Origin: Abditibacterium sp.
GTDB lineage: Bacteria > Armatimonadota > Abditibacteriia > Abditibacteriales > Abditibacteriaceae
DNA length: 64,000 nucleotides
Reading direction: 5' to 3'
NCBI GenBank assembly: GCA_965246885.1
Contig: OZ251992.1
Coordinates: 3,392,001 to 3,456,000 of the forward strand
In this document: piece after piece, positions 9,125 to 18,761 of the stretch
Numbering within the stretch: position 1 is the first letter of the stretch
Layout: each line of letters begins with the position of its first letter
Made by a program: the position numbers and the translations under genes
Notes under the pieces: generated by a model
What the model was told of the DNA's origin: nothing
What the model saw: only the letters and a program-made list of their open reading frames with translations
Database searches by the model: none

Positions 9125-9733
9125 TTACGAGCGCGCGACTCTTATCTTGCGCTTCTTCGTTTTTTGTGCCGGGTTGCCCGCGTAAATCCAGCCGTCTTCG
9201 GCGTCGCGGGCCACAACTGCGCCCGCGCCAATAACCGCGTTGCGCCCCACGCTCACGCCCGACATCACCGTCGCGCGCGCGCAAATCCACGCGCCTTCCC
9301 CGACGCGAATAGGGCCGAGTTTGTAGCCCATCGCCGGGTCGCTCCAGTCGTGGTTGCCCGTGCAAAGATAGGCGCCCTGCGAGATGCAGACGTTGGCGGC
9401 GATGGAGATGGGCAGCAGGTTGTCAAGCCAAACACCCTCGCCAATCCAACAGTCGTCGCCGATTTCGAGGAGCCAAGGGTTCTTGACGTTGATACCCGGC
9501 TTGAGATAAACGTTGCGCCCGACCTTGGCGCCGAAGGCGCGCAGGGCGAGGCGCTTGAGCGCAGAACTGGGGTTGGCCGGGTTTTGCAGCACCCAAGCGT
9601 TCACCAAAAACCACAGCGCGCGCACCGCAAAGCCGCGCCCCGCGTGGTAATCGCCCGTCGAGAAGCGCGAAAGCTCTACGCGCGCTTCGGGGGCGTCGGC
9701 TTCAACCAGTTCATCAGGGGGAGAAGCCGTCAT
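9125..9733 (-). CDS. wcaF: WcaF-like hexapeptide-repeat acetyltransferase
   Basis: LRAFGAKVG, PWLLEIGDDCWIGE, SQGAYLCTGNHD, YAGNPA. Confidence 0.85.
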   Translation of the reverse strand: MTASPPDELVEADAPEARVELSRFSTGDYHAGRGFAVRALWFLVNAWVLQNPANPSSALKRLALRAFGAKVGRNVYLKPGINVKNPWLLEIGDDCWIGEGVWLDNLLPISIAANVCISQGAYLCTGNHDWSDPAMGYKLGPIRVGEGAWICARATVMSGVSVGRNAVIGAGAVVARDAEDGWIYAGNPAQKTKKRKIRVARS

Positions 9734-10618
9734 TTACGCCCTCAACTTCTCGCGCAGGAGGCCGATGACATCGGAGGGCAAGTCGGCGACGGGCACATTG
9801 GCCGCGCCGAACGCTTCGACTTTGGAGGCGGCGCTGCCCGCGCTGCCCGACACAATCGCCCCGGCATGGCCCATCTGCTTGCCGGGCGGCGCGGTTTTAC
9901 CCGCGATAAAGGCGACGACGGGCTTGGTCATGTGGTTTTTGATGAAGTCCGCCGCCATTTCCTCGTCGTTGCCGCCGATTTCGCCCGACAACACGACGGC
10001 GTGCGTTTGCGGGTCGCGCTCGAACCAGCCCAGCACGTCCACGAAACTTGAACCGATGATGGGGTCGCCGCCGATGCCAACGCAGGTGGTTTGGCCCATC
10101 CCGGCGCGCGTCAGTTCGTCCACGAGTTCATACGTGAGGGTGCCCGACCGCGACACCACTCCGATCGGCCCTTGACTAAAAATGTGCGCGGGCATGATGC
10201 CGATTTTGCACTCACCCGGCGTGATGAGGCCCGGACAGTTTGGCCCGATCATCCAGCCGTCGCGCTCTTTGACGAAGCGATACGTCTTCATCATGTCCTG
10301 AATCGGGATGCCCTCGGTAATACAGACGATGCCGCGCACGCCCGCATCAACGGCTTCCAAAACAGCGTCGCTCCCGAAGGGCGGCGGCACGAAGATGATG
10401 GACACATCGGCGCCCGTTTGCTCGGCGGCTTCTTTGACGGTGTTAAAAACCGGCACGGAGCGGCCCGCGTGTTCGATGGTCTGCCCGCCCTTTCCGGGCG
10501 TGACGCCCGCCACGACATCCGTGCCGTATTCCAGCATCTGCTGGGTGTGAAACAACCCTTCGCGCCCCGTCGCGCCCTGCACGAGGACGCGGGTCTGTTT
10601 GTTGATAAGAATGCTCAT
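9734..10618 (-). CDS. sucD: succinyl-CoA ligase alpha subunit
   Basis: [30 protein letters not shown]. Confidence 0.98.
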   Translation of the reverse strand: MSILINKQTRVLVQGATGREGLFHTQQMLEYGTDVVAGVTPGKGGQTIEHAGRSVPVFNTVKEAAEQTGADVSIIFVPPPFGSDAVLEAVDAGVRGIVCITEGIPIQDMMKTYRFVKERDGWMIGPNCPGLITPGECKIGIMPAHIFSQGPIGVVSRSGTLTYELVDELTRAGMGQTTCVGIGGDPIIGSSFVDVLGWFERDPQTHAVVLSGEIGGNDEEMAADFIKNHMTKPVVAFIAGKTAPPGKQMGHAGAIVSGSAGSAASKVEAFGAANVPVADLPSDVIGLLREKLRA

Positions 10619-10630
10619 GATGATTACTTT

Positions 10631-11035
10631 CTACGTCTCGTCGCCCTCGTCCTCCGACTCCCGTTTGCCGAAGCCTTCGCGTTGCAAGTCGCGCCGGTCG
10701 CGTTTGGTGGGGCGACCCAAGCCCCGGTCGCGCACCGGGGAGCCGGTCATGGCTGCCTCAAAAGCGGTTTGTTTCTCCGGTTGCGGGCCGCTTTCGTCGC
10801 GCATCGCGGTTTTGGCGGCCTCCTTCGACAGTTGCTTCAGTGGCACTTCGAGCACCACCAACTTGCGCTCCCACTCGCCGCGCCGGAACTCGATGGTGTC
10901 CCCCGGCTTCACCAAAGCCGCAGCCTTGGTGCGGTTGCCGTTGAGCCGAATCTTGCCGCCGTTGCAATCGGTCGTGGCCTCGTTGCGCGCCTTATAAAGG
11001 CAGACGTGCTTGAGAAACAGGTCAATGCGGTTCAT
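10631..11035 (-). CDS. hslR: S4-domain RNA-binding protein (Hsp15-like)
   Basis: RIDLFL...KARNEA; GRPTKRDRR. Confidence 0.85.
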   Translation of the reverse strand: MNRIDLFLKHVCLYKARNEATTDCNGGKIRLNGNRTKAAALVKPGDTIEFRRGEWERKLVVLEVPLKQLSKEAAKTAMRDESGPQPEKQTAFEAAMTGSPVRDRGLGRPTKRDRRDLQREGFGKRESEDEGDET

Positions 11036-11048
11036 GGCGGCCTTCTCC

Positions 11049-11804
11049 TTATTTGCCCATCTTCTTCAAATTGGCGTAGCAGCGCGTGACGCACTCCAAC
11101 GGGGTATGCGGTTCGGGGTAGCGCTCTTGTTCGACGATGAAATACTCGGTCTTGCCGCCCTCAAGCGCGGCGAAGACTTCGTCCCAAGGCGTGTCGTCCT
11201 CGCCCAGAAAGTAGCGCGAAAAGTCGGTTGTCCAAGGCTTGAGGTGGACGGTCGCGGCGCGGTTCTTGTACTTCGCCAGAAGCGGGATGGCGTTGCCACC
11301 GCCGTCTTGCGCGTTGCCGGTATCGAGTTGCGTCACCACGTCGGGGTGGGCGTTTTGGAAGATCAAGTCCATCGGAATGGAGCCATCGGGCAACGTCTTA
11401 AACTCCCAGTCGTGGTTGTGGTAGCCAACGCGGGCGCCAAACTTCGAGGCTTCCTCTTGCGCTTTGGAAAGGATATCGCCCAGTTTCAAGGCGCCGTCGC
11501 GCCCGCCGAACTCGTCGGGGGACACGTAGGGAACCACCAAGAACGGACTGCCAAGGGTGGCAACGAACTCGGCAGTTTTCTGGAGTTCGGCGCCTTGGAT
11601 GGTGGAAAGCGCGGTATGGACACCGGCACACTTGAGGCCGACTTCGTCCAGCTTTTGGCGGATGGTGTGGGCGTCGTGGCCGAAGTAGCCAGCGAATTCG
11701 ACGGCCTTGTAGCCGATGGAAGCGACCTTTTCGAGGGTGCCAAGCAGGTCGGTCTGCGCGTCATCGCGCAGGGAGTATAACTGAAGAGCTAACGGTGTGG
11801 ACAT
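11049..11804 (-). CDS. sugar phosphate isomerase/epimerase (xylose isomerase-like TIM barrel)
   Basis: ALQLYSLR, GYKAVEFAG, YHNHDWEF, QLDTG, HLK, VEQE. Confidence 0.9.
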   Translation of the reverse strand: MSTPLALQLYSLRDDAQTDLLGTLEKVASIGYKAVEFAGYFGHDAHTIRQKLDEVGLKCAGVHTALSTIQGAELQKTAEFVATLGSPFLVVPYVSPDEFGGRDGALKLGDILSKAQEEASKFGARVGYHNHDWEFKTLPDGSIPMDLIFQNAHPDVVTQLDTGNAQDGGGNAIPLLAKYKNRAATVHLKPWTTDFSRYFLGEDDTPWDEVFAALEGGKTEYFIVEQERYPEPHTPLECVTRCYANLKKMGK

Positions 11805-11810
11805 AATAGG

Positions 11811-12431
11811 TTATTGAGTTTGTTTAACGGGGCGCCCGCAGTAAAGGGTGCGCCCGTCGCGTGGAGCAACGCCCCGTTTGAGCGCCTCGTGGCCTAAGCG
11901 TTCCGCCAAACGGAACTCGTGTTCCGAGATGGCGGCTTTGCGGGCGTTGATGCGCTCGAAGTCATCGGAGTAAAACTCGGCGATGAAAGGATAAAAGTTG
12001 CCGTAACGCTCCAAATCGTTGGGGCCAAGCATCAAATCGGAAGCGATGCCCGCTTTGCGCCACGAATAAGTATTGACGGTAAGGAGCCGCGAGCCGCGCT
12101 TCACGCCGAGGTCGCGGGCCGCGTCGTCGGGGAAGCGCAGCAACGCCACGCAGTCGAGTTCATCGGTGTAGGCCGCCACAATGCACGGCTCCACGCTCAG
12201 AACAACCGCCGCGCGCGAGTCGCCGTTGGACAACTGCTCCTCGATGCGCGTCAAGTGGCGCTCATACCTCTGCCAAAAATCGCGGTGCGTCAGCTTCCAC
12301 AAGTACGACGGAAACAAATCCGGCTGCAAACGACGCACTTTCTCCCACGACGGGATGATGAGGCCCGGATCGGAAGCGAAAGTGTTGTCGTTGAGCGTTT
12401 GCGTTGTGGTCTTGGGCGTTCGCATGGCCAA
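11811..12431 (-). CDS. hypothetical protein
   Basis: 206-aa ORF packed between sucC and the isomerase on the same strand. Confidence 0.7.
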   Translation of the reverse strand: MAMRTPKTTTQTLNDNTFASDPGLIIPSWEKVRRLQPDLFPSYLWKLTHRDFWQRYERHLTRIEEQLSNGDSRAAVVLSVEPCIVAAYTDELDCVALLRFPDDAARDLGVKRGSRLLTVNTYSWRKAGIASDLMLGPNDLERYGNFYPFIAEFYSDDFERINARKAAISEHEFRLAERLGHEALKRGVAPRDGRTLYCGRPVKQTQ

Positions 12432-12436
12432 AAGTT

Positions 12437-13573
12437 TTAGTTCTTGTTCACCAGCGCGACTATCTTTTGGGCGCCTTCTTGCATCGTCGCGGCGCCGACG
12501 AGCGGGCTGCCTTCGAGGAGTTTCAAACCCTCTTCGGCGCGCGTTCCAGTCAAACGGACGACGATGGGAATCTTGATGTCCATTGTGGCGATGGCTTCGA
12601 GCATTCCCTTCGCCACCTCGTCGCCGCGCGTGATGCCGCCGAAGATGTTGAAGAAAATGCCCTTGACGTTCTTGTCGAGCAACACGGTGTCAATGGCGCG
12701 GGTCACGACTTCGGCTTTGGCGCCGCCGCCGATGTCGAGGAAGTTCGCGGGACTGCCGCCTTCGCGCTTGACGACATCGAGCGTCGTCATAACCAGCCCC
12801 GCGCCGTTGCCGATGATGCCGATGTCGCCATCGAGTCGCACGTAGGTCAAACCGCGCTTGTGCGCTTCGGCTTCGATGGGGTCGTCCTCCTGCTCCTCTT
12901 GGTAGGCGGCCAGTTCGGGGTGGCGAAACAGCGCGTTGTCGTCCAACACGATCTTCGCATCGGCGGCGATGAGTTTCCCGTCGCCCGTCAAGACGAGCGG
13001 GTTGATTTCGGCGAGCGAGCAGTCGTAGTCGAGATAGACCCGATAGAGCGCCTTCAAAAATGCGCCCATGCCCTTGAGGGCGGCGGGCGGCAGGTTGGCT
13101 TGGAAACCCAACTGGCGGATTTGGAAATCTTGCAACCCAATCGCCGGATCGAGGTGCAATTTGGCGATGGCGTCGGGGTTCTCTTCGGCGACGATCTCGA
13201 TTTCGATGCCGCCTTCCTTGGAGACCATCACGATGTTGCGCCGCGCGGCGCGGTCGGTGGTGATGCCCAAATAATACTCCTCCTTGATGTCGGCGGCTTC
13301 TTCGACCAAGACTTTCTCAACCGTGAAGCCCTTGATGTCCATGCCCAGAATTTGTGTTGCGACTTCGCGCGCTTCTTCGGGCGTCTTGCCCAGCTTGATT
13401 CCGCCCGCTTTGCCGCGCCCGCCGGTGTGAACCTGCGCTTTGACGACGACGGGCTTGCCGATTTCGCGCGCGATGACCTCGACTTCATCGGCGTTAAACG
13501 CCACACGGCCCTGCGGCGTCGGGACGCCGTATTTGGCGAGAATTTCCTTGCCTTGATACTCGTGAATTTTCAT
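12437..13573 (-). CDS. sucC: succinyl-CoA ligase beta subunit
   Basis: MKIHEYQGK, KAQVHTGGRGKAGG, EINPL, GNGAGL, NFLDIGGGA. Confidence 0.98.
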   Translation of the reverse strand: MKIHEYQGKEILAKYGVPTPQGRVAFNADEVEVIAREIGKPVVVKAQVHTGGRGKAGGIKLGKTPEEAREVATQILGMDIKGFTVEKVLVEEAADIKEEYYLGITTDRAARRNIVMVSKEGGIEIEIVAEENPDAIAKLHLDPAIGLQDFQIRQLGFQANLPPAALKGMGAFLKALYRVYLDYDCSLAEINPLVLTGDGKLIAADAKIVLDDNALFRHPELAAYQEEQEDDPIEAEAHKRGLTYVRLDGDIGIIGNGAGLVMTTLDVVKREGGSPANFLDIGGGAKAEVVTRAIDTVLLDKNVKGIFFNIFGGITRGDEVAKGMLEAIATMDIKIPIVVRLTGTRAEEGLKLLEGSPLVGAATMQEGAQKIVALVNKN

Positions 13574-13645
13574 GATGGGGCGAACGAACTTGCCCGCCGC
13601 AGTTAAGCAAATCACGCGCGCGACCCGTTCGCCTGAGCGTGCGAA

Positions 13646-13775
13646 CGGAAGAATTAAGCGCGGGAGCCAGTGATTCTTCTAATTCTTCCGATGGCGCGTA
13701 CAATTCCTCCAGTCGCCCGCCCAACTCTTCCGGCGGCGTGTATAACGGACGGCTGAAGTAGTTAGTTCTTTCGTC
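13646..13775. repeat. 21-bp-period degenerate array upstream of sucC
   Basis: aattcttccgatggcgcgtac / aattcctccagtcgcccgccc / aactcttccggcggcgtgtat from 13681; complementary half-site cggaagaatt at 13646 is in register. Confidence 0.6.
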
Positions 13776-13825
13776 GGCGCGCCTAAGTGAACGGTTGATT
13801 TACGCGCGTCGCCCTCGTCCGCCCT

Positions 13826-14125
13826 CTATCCCTCGCTGAGTCGGTGCACTTCGTAGGAGAACTTCACCGTGTCCTCGACAAAGCGGGAAATCTGCGCTTC
13901 CTCCTCGAGCGCGTGAATATGGACATCGAGTTCGTCCAGTCTCTTCTGGATGGCGTCGCGCTCGTAATCGTTGGCCAGAGCGAGGTCGTCTTCCAAACGC
14001 TGGCGGCGCGATTCGAGCGCGTCGGCAAGGGAGTGCCAATCGGCGGCGCGCAGCGTTTGCCCGTCGAGGGCTTCGGTGAGCGCTTCGTCCAAAACGCGCG
14101 GGTTATCGTCGGGGTTGGGTAACAT
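13826..14125 (-). CDS. hypothetical coiled-coil protein
   Basis: 99-aa acidic helical ORF. Confidence 0.7.
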   Translation of the reverse strand: MLPNPDDNPRVLDEALTEALDGQTLRAADWHSLADALESRRQRLEDDLALANDYERDAIQKRLDELDVHIHALEEEAQISRFVEDTVKFSYEVHRLSEG

Positions 14126-14170
14126 GGTGCCGCTTCAGACGCTTGAACGGCCCCTCTCGTTTGCGCTAAA

Positions 14171-15265
14171 ATGGCGGGCGTGAACCTTCAATCTGTCGCT
14201 GAGTGGCGCGAACTGTTGGGCTGGCTCGACCGCGTTTTGCTCGAAACCGACGCGCTGTTGCCTGTTGAAGCGCGCACCTTCTCGCCCGACCAGCACGCCC
14301 GCGCCACTTTGGGGCGCCCCGGTGCCGCTCCCGCCGCCATCGAAGCCGCGCAAAAGCGGCTCGGCGCCGTCTTTCCGCCTTCCTACCGCGCGTTTCTGGA
14401 AGCCAGCGACGGAATGGACGCGATGGGGTTCTGGGGGTTGCCCGGAAGATTGTGGGGCACCACCGAGGTCGCGTGGCTACGGGAGCAAGACCCCGAACTT
14501 ATCGAGATTTGGACGGATGGCAACGACGACATGGCGCCGATGCAAAACGCCCTCGCCGTATCCGAAAGCGGCGACGCCTGTCTGATATTTCTGTGCCCCG
14601 ACTGGCGCACCGACGGGAGCGAGTGGGAGTGCTGGAAGCACGCCAGTTGGGTTCCCGGCGAAATCCGCTACGCCTCGTTTGGCGAGTGGTTGCTCGGCAA
14701 TGAATGGAGGGCGGCTTACGACGCGTGGCGCGTCGCCAAGCGCAACGAGCGGCTGCGGGCCGTTCCCATCCCTGCACCTTTGACGCTGTGGACGGAGGAG
14801 GCGCTCCGCTTTTGGGTGTTGGGCGTGGGCTGCGAACTGCTGCCCGTCGAAGCCGCGCAGAGGTGGGGCAAAACTGCGCTCCCAAACGTGGACACCGACG
14901 CCCCGGAGTTCTTCGCGCGCTTCAACTTCGAGAACGTCACCGACACCGGCTTTACCCGCCTTCCCAACCCGCGCGGCCAAAGCGCCAACACGGGCAAAGT
15001 CCTGACCGCGCTCCTCGCCGCCATGCAACAAGCTGTGCGCGACGAGCCGGACGAGGCCGACTGCCTCCTGTTCTGGCTGTCTCACCTCGACTACCGCTTG
15101 CTATCTCATGCGCTGACCGAGCGCATCGCGGCGTGGGAGCGCAAAAACGAGAAGGCGCCGCCGCGCGACCTGCCCGCGTTTTGGCGCGCCCAAGACGAAA
15201 AGCGCGCCTTTTGCCGCACCTTGGCCAACGGGTTACGGGTGCTCAATGGACAGTTGAACGCTTGA
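14171..15265 (+). CDS. SMI1/KNR4 (SUKH) family protein with C-terminal extension
   Basis: PGAAPAAIEAAQKRLGAVFPPSYRAFLEASDG...EWECW...YASFGEW. Confidence 0.85.
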   Translation: MAGVNLQSVAEWRELLGWLDRVLLETDALLPVEARTFSPDQHARATLGRPGAAPAAIEAAQKRLGAVFPPSYRAFLEASDGMDAMGFWGLPGRLWGTTEVAWLREQDPELIEIWTDGNDDMAPMQNALAVSESGDACLIFLCPDWRTDGSEWECWKHASWVPGEIRYASFGEWLLGNEWRAAYDAWRVAKRNERLRAVPIPAPLTLWTEEALRFWVLGVGCELLPVEAAQRWGKTALPNVDTDAPEFFARFNFENVTDTGFTRLPNPRGQSANTGKVLTALLAAMQQAVRDEPDEADCLLFWLSHLDYRLLSHALTERIAAWERKNEKAPPRDLPAFWRAQDEKRAFCRTLANGLRVLNGQLNA

Positions 15266-15288
15266 GGGCGCGGCTCGTTTGTCGAAAA

Positions 15289-16356
15289 TCAGGCGATGGC
15301 TCCCAAAGCGCGCAGGGCTTCAACGGGCAGTTCGCGCTCGAACAGCAGTTTCTGTTGCTTTTCGACGGCGTAAATGACTTCGATCCAGCCGGTCGAAGCG
15401 CCGGGGACGGTGGACGCATACACGGTGCCCACGTTCGTTTGTTTGACCTGCTTGATGCCGTAACTGGCGGCTTTGGCCCAATCCTGCGCTTCCAAGGCGC
15501 GCACGGTGGGTTCGAGGGCGCTTGCTGGCAGACCGAAAACGCGCTTGCGGTTGAACCACCGGTCGGTTTCTTCCGAAAAGCGCCGCGAGGCTGCCGCCGC
15601 CGGAATAAGGGCCGCAAACGCCGACGCCAAGCCGATTTCGCCCATCAATAGGATGACGTAGCCGATGCCGTCGAGGTGCGTTCCCGAACTGCTGCCGTTG
15701 ATGCTGGAAGTATGGTCGTCGCGCAGCGTCACGCCGTACTTGTAGTTTTCGCGCCAGTAAAGGCCGATGGCGCGCGGGAGGGTGAACTTTTTGGCGAGAC
15801 CGGCGCGCACTTGCGCGGGGGAAGGGCCGCCTTTGCCCGATGACGCGATGCGTTGCGAGAAGGCGTCCAGTATCTCGCTACGCATCTCCGCCGCCGCGAG
15901 GGTGTGGTAGGTGCCATAAAGCGCGAGCGTGCCGAGCACGCCCCATCCTGCCGCAAAACGCGCCGAGCGCACCTTGCCGACGGTGGCGGCGATGAACAGA
16001 ATAGCGCCCAGCGCGCCGCCCATGATCAACTGCGTGAACAAAAGCGTGTTGAAGTTGGGCGCGAGGAAGTGCCACATGGCGCCCACTAAAGCGCCGCCGC
16101 CCAGCGACAGGACGAGCATGAGCGGCCACGCGAGCGGGCCGACTTTACCAGATGGTTTGTAGCTCGTCTTGACGACGGAAAGGCGCGTGCCGCCCGTACC
16201 ACTGTTGACCTTGGCGTTGGTAGCCATGATTTCTTGGACGGACTTGGGCAGGTTGGCGGAGTCGGGCGAGGGTTTCGACGCGAAGGGCGGGGGCGTTCCC
16301 GGCTCGTGCGAGGAAGAAGAAAAGGGCGAGTTGTCGCCGGGCGATGGGTTTTTCAT
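15289..16356 (-). CDS. hypothetical membrane protein
   Basis: Four hydrophobic segments; co-oriented with the upstream operon. Confidence 0.75.
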   Translation of the reverse strand: MKNPSPGDNSPFSSSSHEPGTPPPFASKPSPDSANLPKSVQEIMATNAKVNSGTGGTRLSVVKTSYKPSGKVGPLAWPLMLVLSLGGGALVGAMWHFLAPNFNTLLFTQLIMGGALGAILFIAATVGKVRSARFAAGWGVLGTLALYGTYHTLAAAEMRSEILDAFSQRIASSGKGGPSPAQVRAGLAKKFTLPRAIGLYWRENYKYGVTLRDDHTSSINGSSSGTHLDGIGYVILLMGEIGLASAFAALIPAAAASRRFSEETDRWFNRKRVFGLPASALEPTVRALEAQDWAKAASYGIKQVKQTNVGTVYASTVPGASTGWIEVIYAVEKQQKLLFERELPVEALRALGAIA

Positions 16357-16379
16357 GGGCGTGGTGGAAGCGGGCCGGG

Positions 16380-17471
16380 TTAGATGGGTTGGAACGGCGA
16401 AGCCGAGGACGAGCCGGACGGGTTGGAAGACGGGCCGCTCGCGGCGCGCGGCGCTTCGGCGTGCAAGCGGGCAAGTAAGGCGGCGCGCGTGGGTTCGTCC
16501 TCACACGCTAAGACCGCCGACGCGCGCCGATTCTTGTCGAGCGCGTCGTGGTAGGACACCTTGACCGCCGGATAGCGGCGCAGGCCGTGCGCGAGCAACC
16601 CCGTTCGGATTTTCCACGCACCCGTCGGCACGAGGAGCCACACGCCCGCGCGTTGCTCGGTCATTCTCCCTTCCAAGCGCTTCGAGGCGTCGAGGAGCGA
16701 AGCGAACGCGAAGGTGCCGTCTTCGAGGTGCACGGTGCGGGCGGGCACGTTGAGGAAGCGCCCCGTCGCTTTGGCGTGCAAGCGCAGTTTGCCACTGAGA
16801 CGCAAGGGAATCGCTTGGTCGGCGGGAATCGGTGCGGGCGCGACACCCGGCGCTTTCTGAGGCCAGAACACCACGTTGCGCGCGAGCGACAAGCCCACGA
16901 AGCACAGCGCCGTTCCGCCTGTGAAGGCCAGCCACAGCGCGGGCACGAGCGGCGCAGGTGGTGTTTGTCCGGCGCACAGCCACGTCGTGGTTTCCATCGG
17001 CACACCGCCAACTTGCGCATCGGTACTGGCGACGTGGGAGCGCACGTCGCTCGACATGCCGCGCATCATGCCGCTTATCTTCACCGGAAACGGTTTGGCG
17101 CCCGCGTATTCGCCCGGCTTCACCTGCACCCAGATGCCTTGGGGACTGTGCTTGTCCAAAAGGGCGACCAAGTCGTACGAGGAGGAGTTCCCCTCGACCG
17201 AAACGCGCGCTTTGGGAATCACGACGCCGCTTACCGACACGTACAGGTGCTTCGAGGTGCTGGCTGCGGTGTTGGCGAAAGCGGCGACGGTGATGGGGCG
17301 CGGGTTGACGGTGTTGAAGCGCGCATCGTCCCACGCATCATGCGAAATGAAGACGCCCAGCAAGGCGACCAACACCGCCAGCCAGTTAGAGGGGATGCCA
17401 TTGACCGAATAGCGCGACATCCGATCGCTCCACAACGCGAGAAGGCCCAAAGGGGCGAGCAGAAACGACAT
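16380..17471 (-). CDS. hypothetical membrane protein, tandem paralog 2
   Basis: Full-length similarity to 17595..18689 (MSFLLAPLGL..., AALLARLH..., SSSASPF). Confidence 0.85.
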   Translation of the reverse strand: MSFLLAPLGLLALWSDRMSRYSVNGIPSNWLAVLVALLGVFISHDAWDDARFNTVNPRPITVAAFANTAASTSKHLYVSVSGVVIPKARVSVEGNSSSYDLVALLDKHSPQGIWVQVKPGEYAGAKPFPVKISGMMRGMSSDVRSHVASTDAQVGGVPMETTTWLCAGQTPPAPLVPALWLAFTGGTALCFVGLSLARNVVFWPQKAPGVAPAPIPADQAIPLRLSGKLRLHAKATGRFLNVPARTVHLEDGTFAFASLLDASKRLEGRMTEQRAGVWLLVPTGAWKIRTGLLAHGLRRYPAVKVSYHDALDKNRRASAVLACEDEPTRAALLARLHAEAPRAASGPSSNPSGSSSASPFQPI

Positions 17472-17594
17472 GGGAAGGGTGTTTCTCCGACTCCAGCAAA
17501 TTCGCCCTTTGTTTTATCAGCTTTTCGCGCCGCCTGCCGCAACTTTTTTCCGCGCCGCGTCTCTTGTGCCGCCGCCCGCGACTCCGGCACCCCC

Positions 17595-18689
17595 TCAGAT
17601 AGCCTCAAACGGCGAGGCCGAGGAGGAGTTGGACGCGCCGCGCGCGGCTTCTTGGTGCAAGCGGGCGAGAAGCGCGGCGCGCGTGGTCTCGTCGTCGCAA
17701 GCGAAGATGGCGCTCACGCGGCGGCCTTTGTCGAGCGCGTCAAAGTATTGGATTTTGAACGCGGGGTAGAGCTTGGTGCCGCACGCCAGAACGCCGTTTC
17801 GGGTCTGGAAGGGGCCGGTGGGAAGCAAAAGCCAGTCGCCTGCGCGCACCGGTTGAACGCGCGAGCCGGGTTCTCTGGTGGGGTCAACAAGGGCGGTGAC
17901 GGCAAGGGCGCCGTCTTTGGTGGCGACGGTTTGCGCGGGCACGTTCAGGAAGCGGCCCGCTTTTTTGGGGCCAGCGCGCAAGCGTCCGGTGACGCGAAGC
18001 GGGATGCTCGCGTTGGGCGCGACCTTGGCGGGCGGGGCCGATGGGAGCGTAGCGCGCGCTCCGGAATCGGGCCAAAAGACGGTATTGCGAGCGAGCGAGG
18101 CTCCCACGAGAAGCAGCGTTCCTACGCCGCACGTCACAAAGGTAAAGCCCGCCCAAAACGCGCTGGAAGGGGTGTTGCCCGCTTCGAGCCATACGTGCTG
18201 TTGCATAATTGCGCCGCCAATCTGGGGGACTCTGCCAACGAAATGGGTGTCGAAGTCGTCCGAAGGGCGGCCCATGAGACCCACGACGCGCGCGGGGAAC
18301 GGCTTCTGACCGGCGTATTCGCCCGGCGCGGTTTTGAGCCAGATGCCCTCGCGCCCGCCCTTGTCGAGAAACGCCACCAAGTCGTATTTGCCGTTCTTGG
18401 TGACGCTGTCCACAACGGAGAAACGGTCGCGGGGCAACACAACGCCCGCCACATCCACATACCAGTGGGCGTAGCGCGCGTCCGCCAAACTCGTGAACTG
18501 CCCAATGGACAGCACTTGCGGGCGCTTGCCGTTCAAGTGGGCGTCCTTCCACGACTCGGTCGAAGCGCCGAATATCAAGAGCAGGAAGGCGACGGCGGCC
18601 CAGTTCATGGGCACGCCCTTGAGAGAAGAGCGCGACAACCGGTCGCTCACGAAGGCGATTAGCCCCAAAGGGCGCAGCAGAAAGCTCAT
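17595..18689 (-). CDS. hypothetical membrane protein, tandem paralog 1
   Basis: Full-length similarity to 16380..17471. Confidence 0.85.
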   Translation of the reverse strand: MSFLLRPLGLIAFVSDRLSRSSLKGVPMNWAAVAFLLLIFGASTESWKDAHLNGKRPQVLSIGQFTSLADARYAHWYVDVAGVVLPRDRFSVVDSVTKNGKYDLVAFLDKGGREGIWLKTAPGEYAGQKPFPARVVGLMGRPSDDFDTHFVGRVPQIGGAIMQQHVWLEAGNTPSSAFWAGFTFVTCGVGTLLLVGASLARNTVFWPDSGARATLPSAPPAKVAPNASIPLRVTGRLRAGPKKAGRFLNVPAQTVATKDGALAVTALVDPTREPGSRVQPVRAGDWLLLPTGPFQTRNGVLACGTKLYPAFKIQYFDALDKGRRVSAIFACDDETTRAALLARLHQEAARGASNSSSASPFEAI

Positions 18690-18761
18690 AAGGAAGCCTT
18701 GGAAGAACCGGCAATTATCTTAACTGCTTCGGCATTGGTTGGGCGCTCCTTGGCCGATGTC

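Noticed and set aside
17500..17590. Possible further 21-bp array between the tandem paralogs
   Set aside because: Only weak similarity at lag 42 in low-complexity GC sequence
16548..18662. 704-aa plus-strand ORF
   Set aside because: Antisense shadow of two mutually homologous minus-strand genes; long shadow ORFs are expected at high GC
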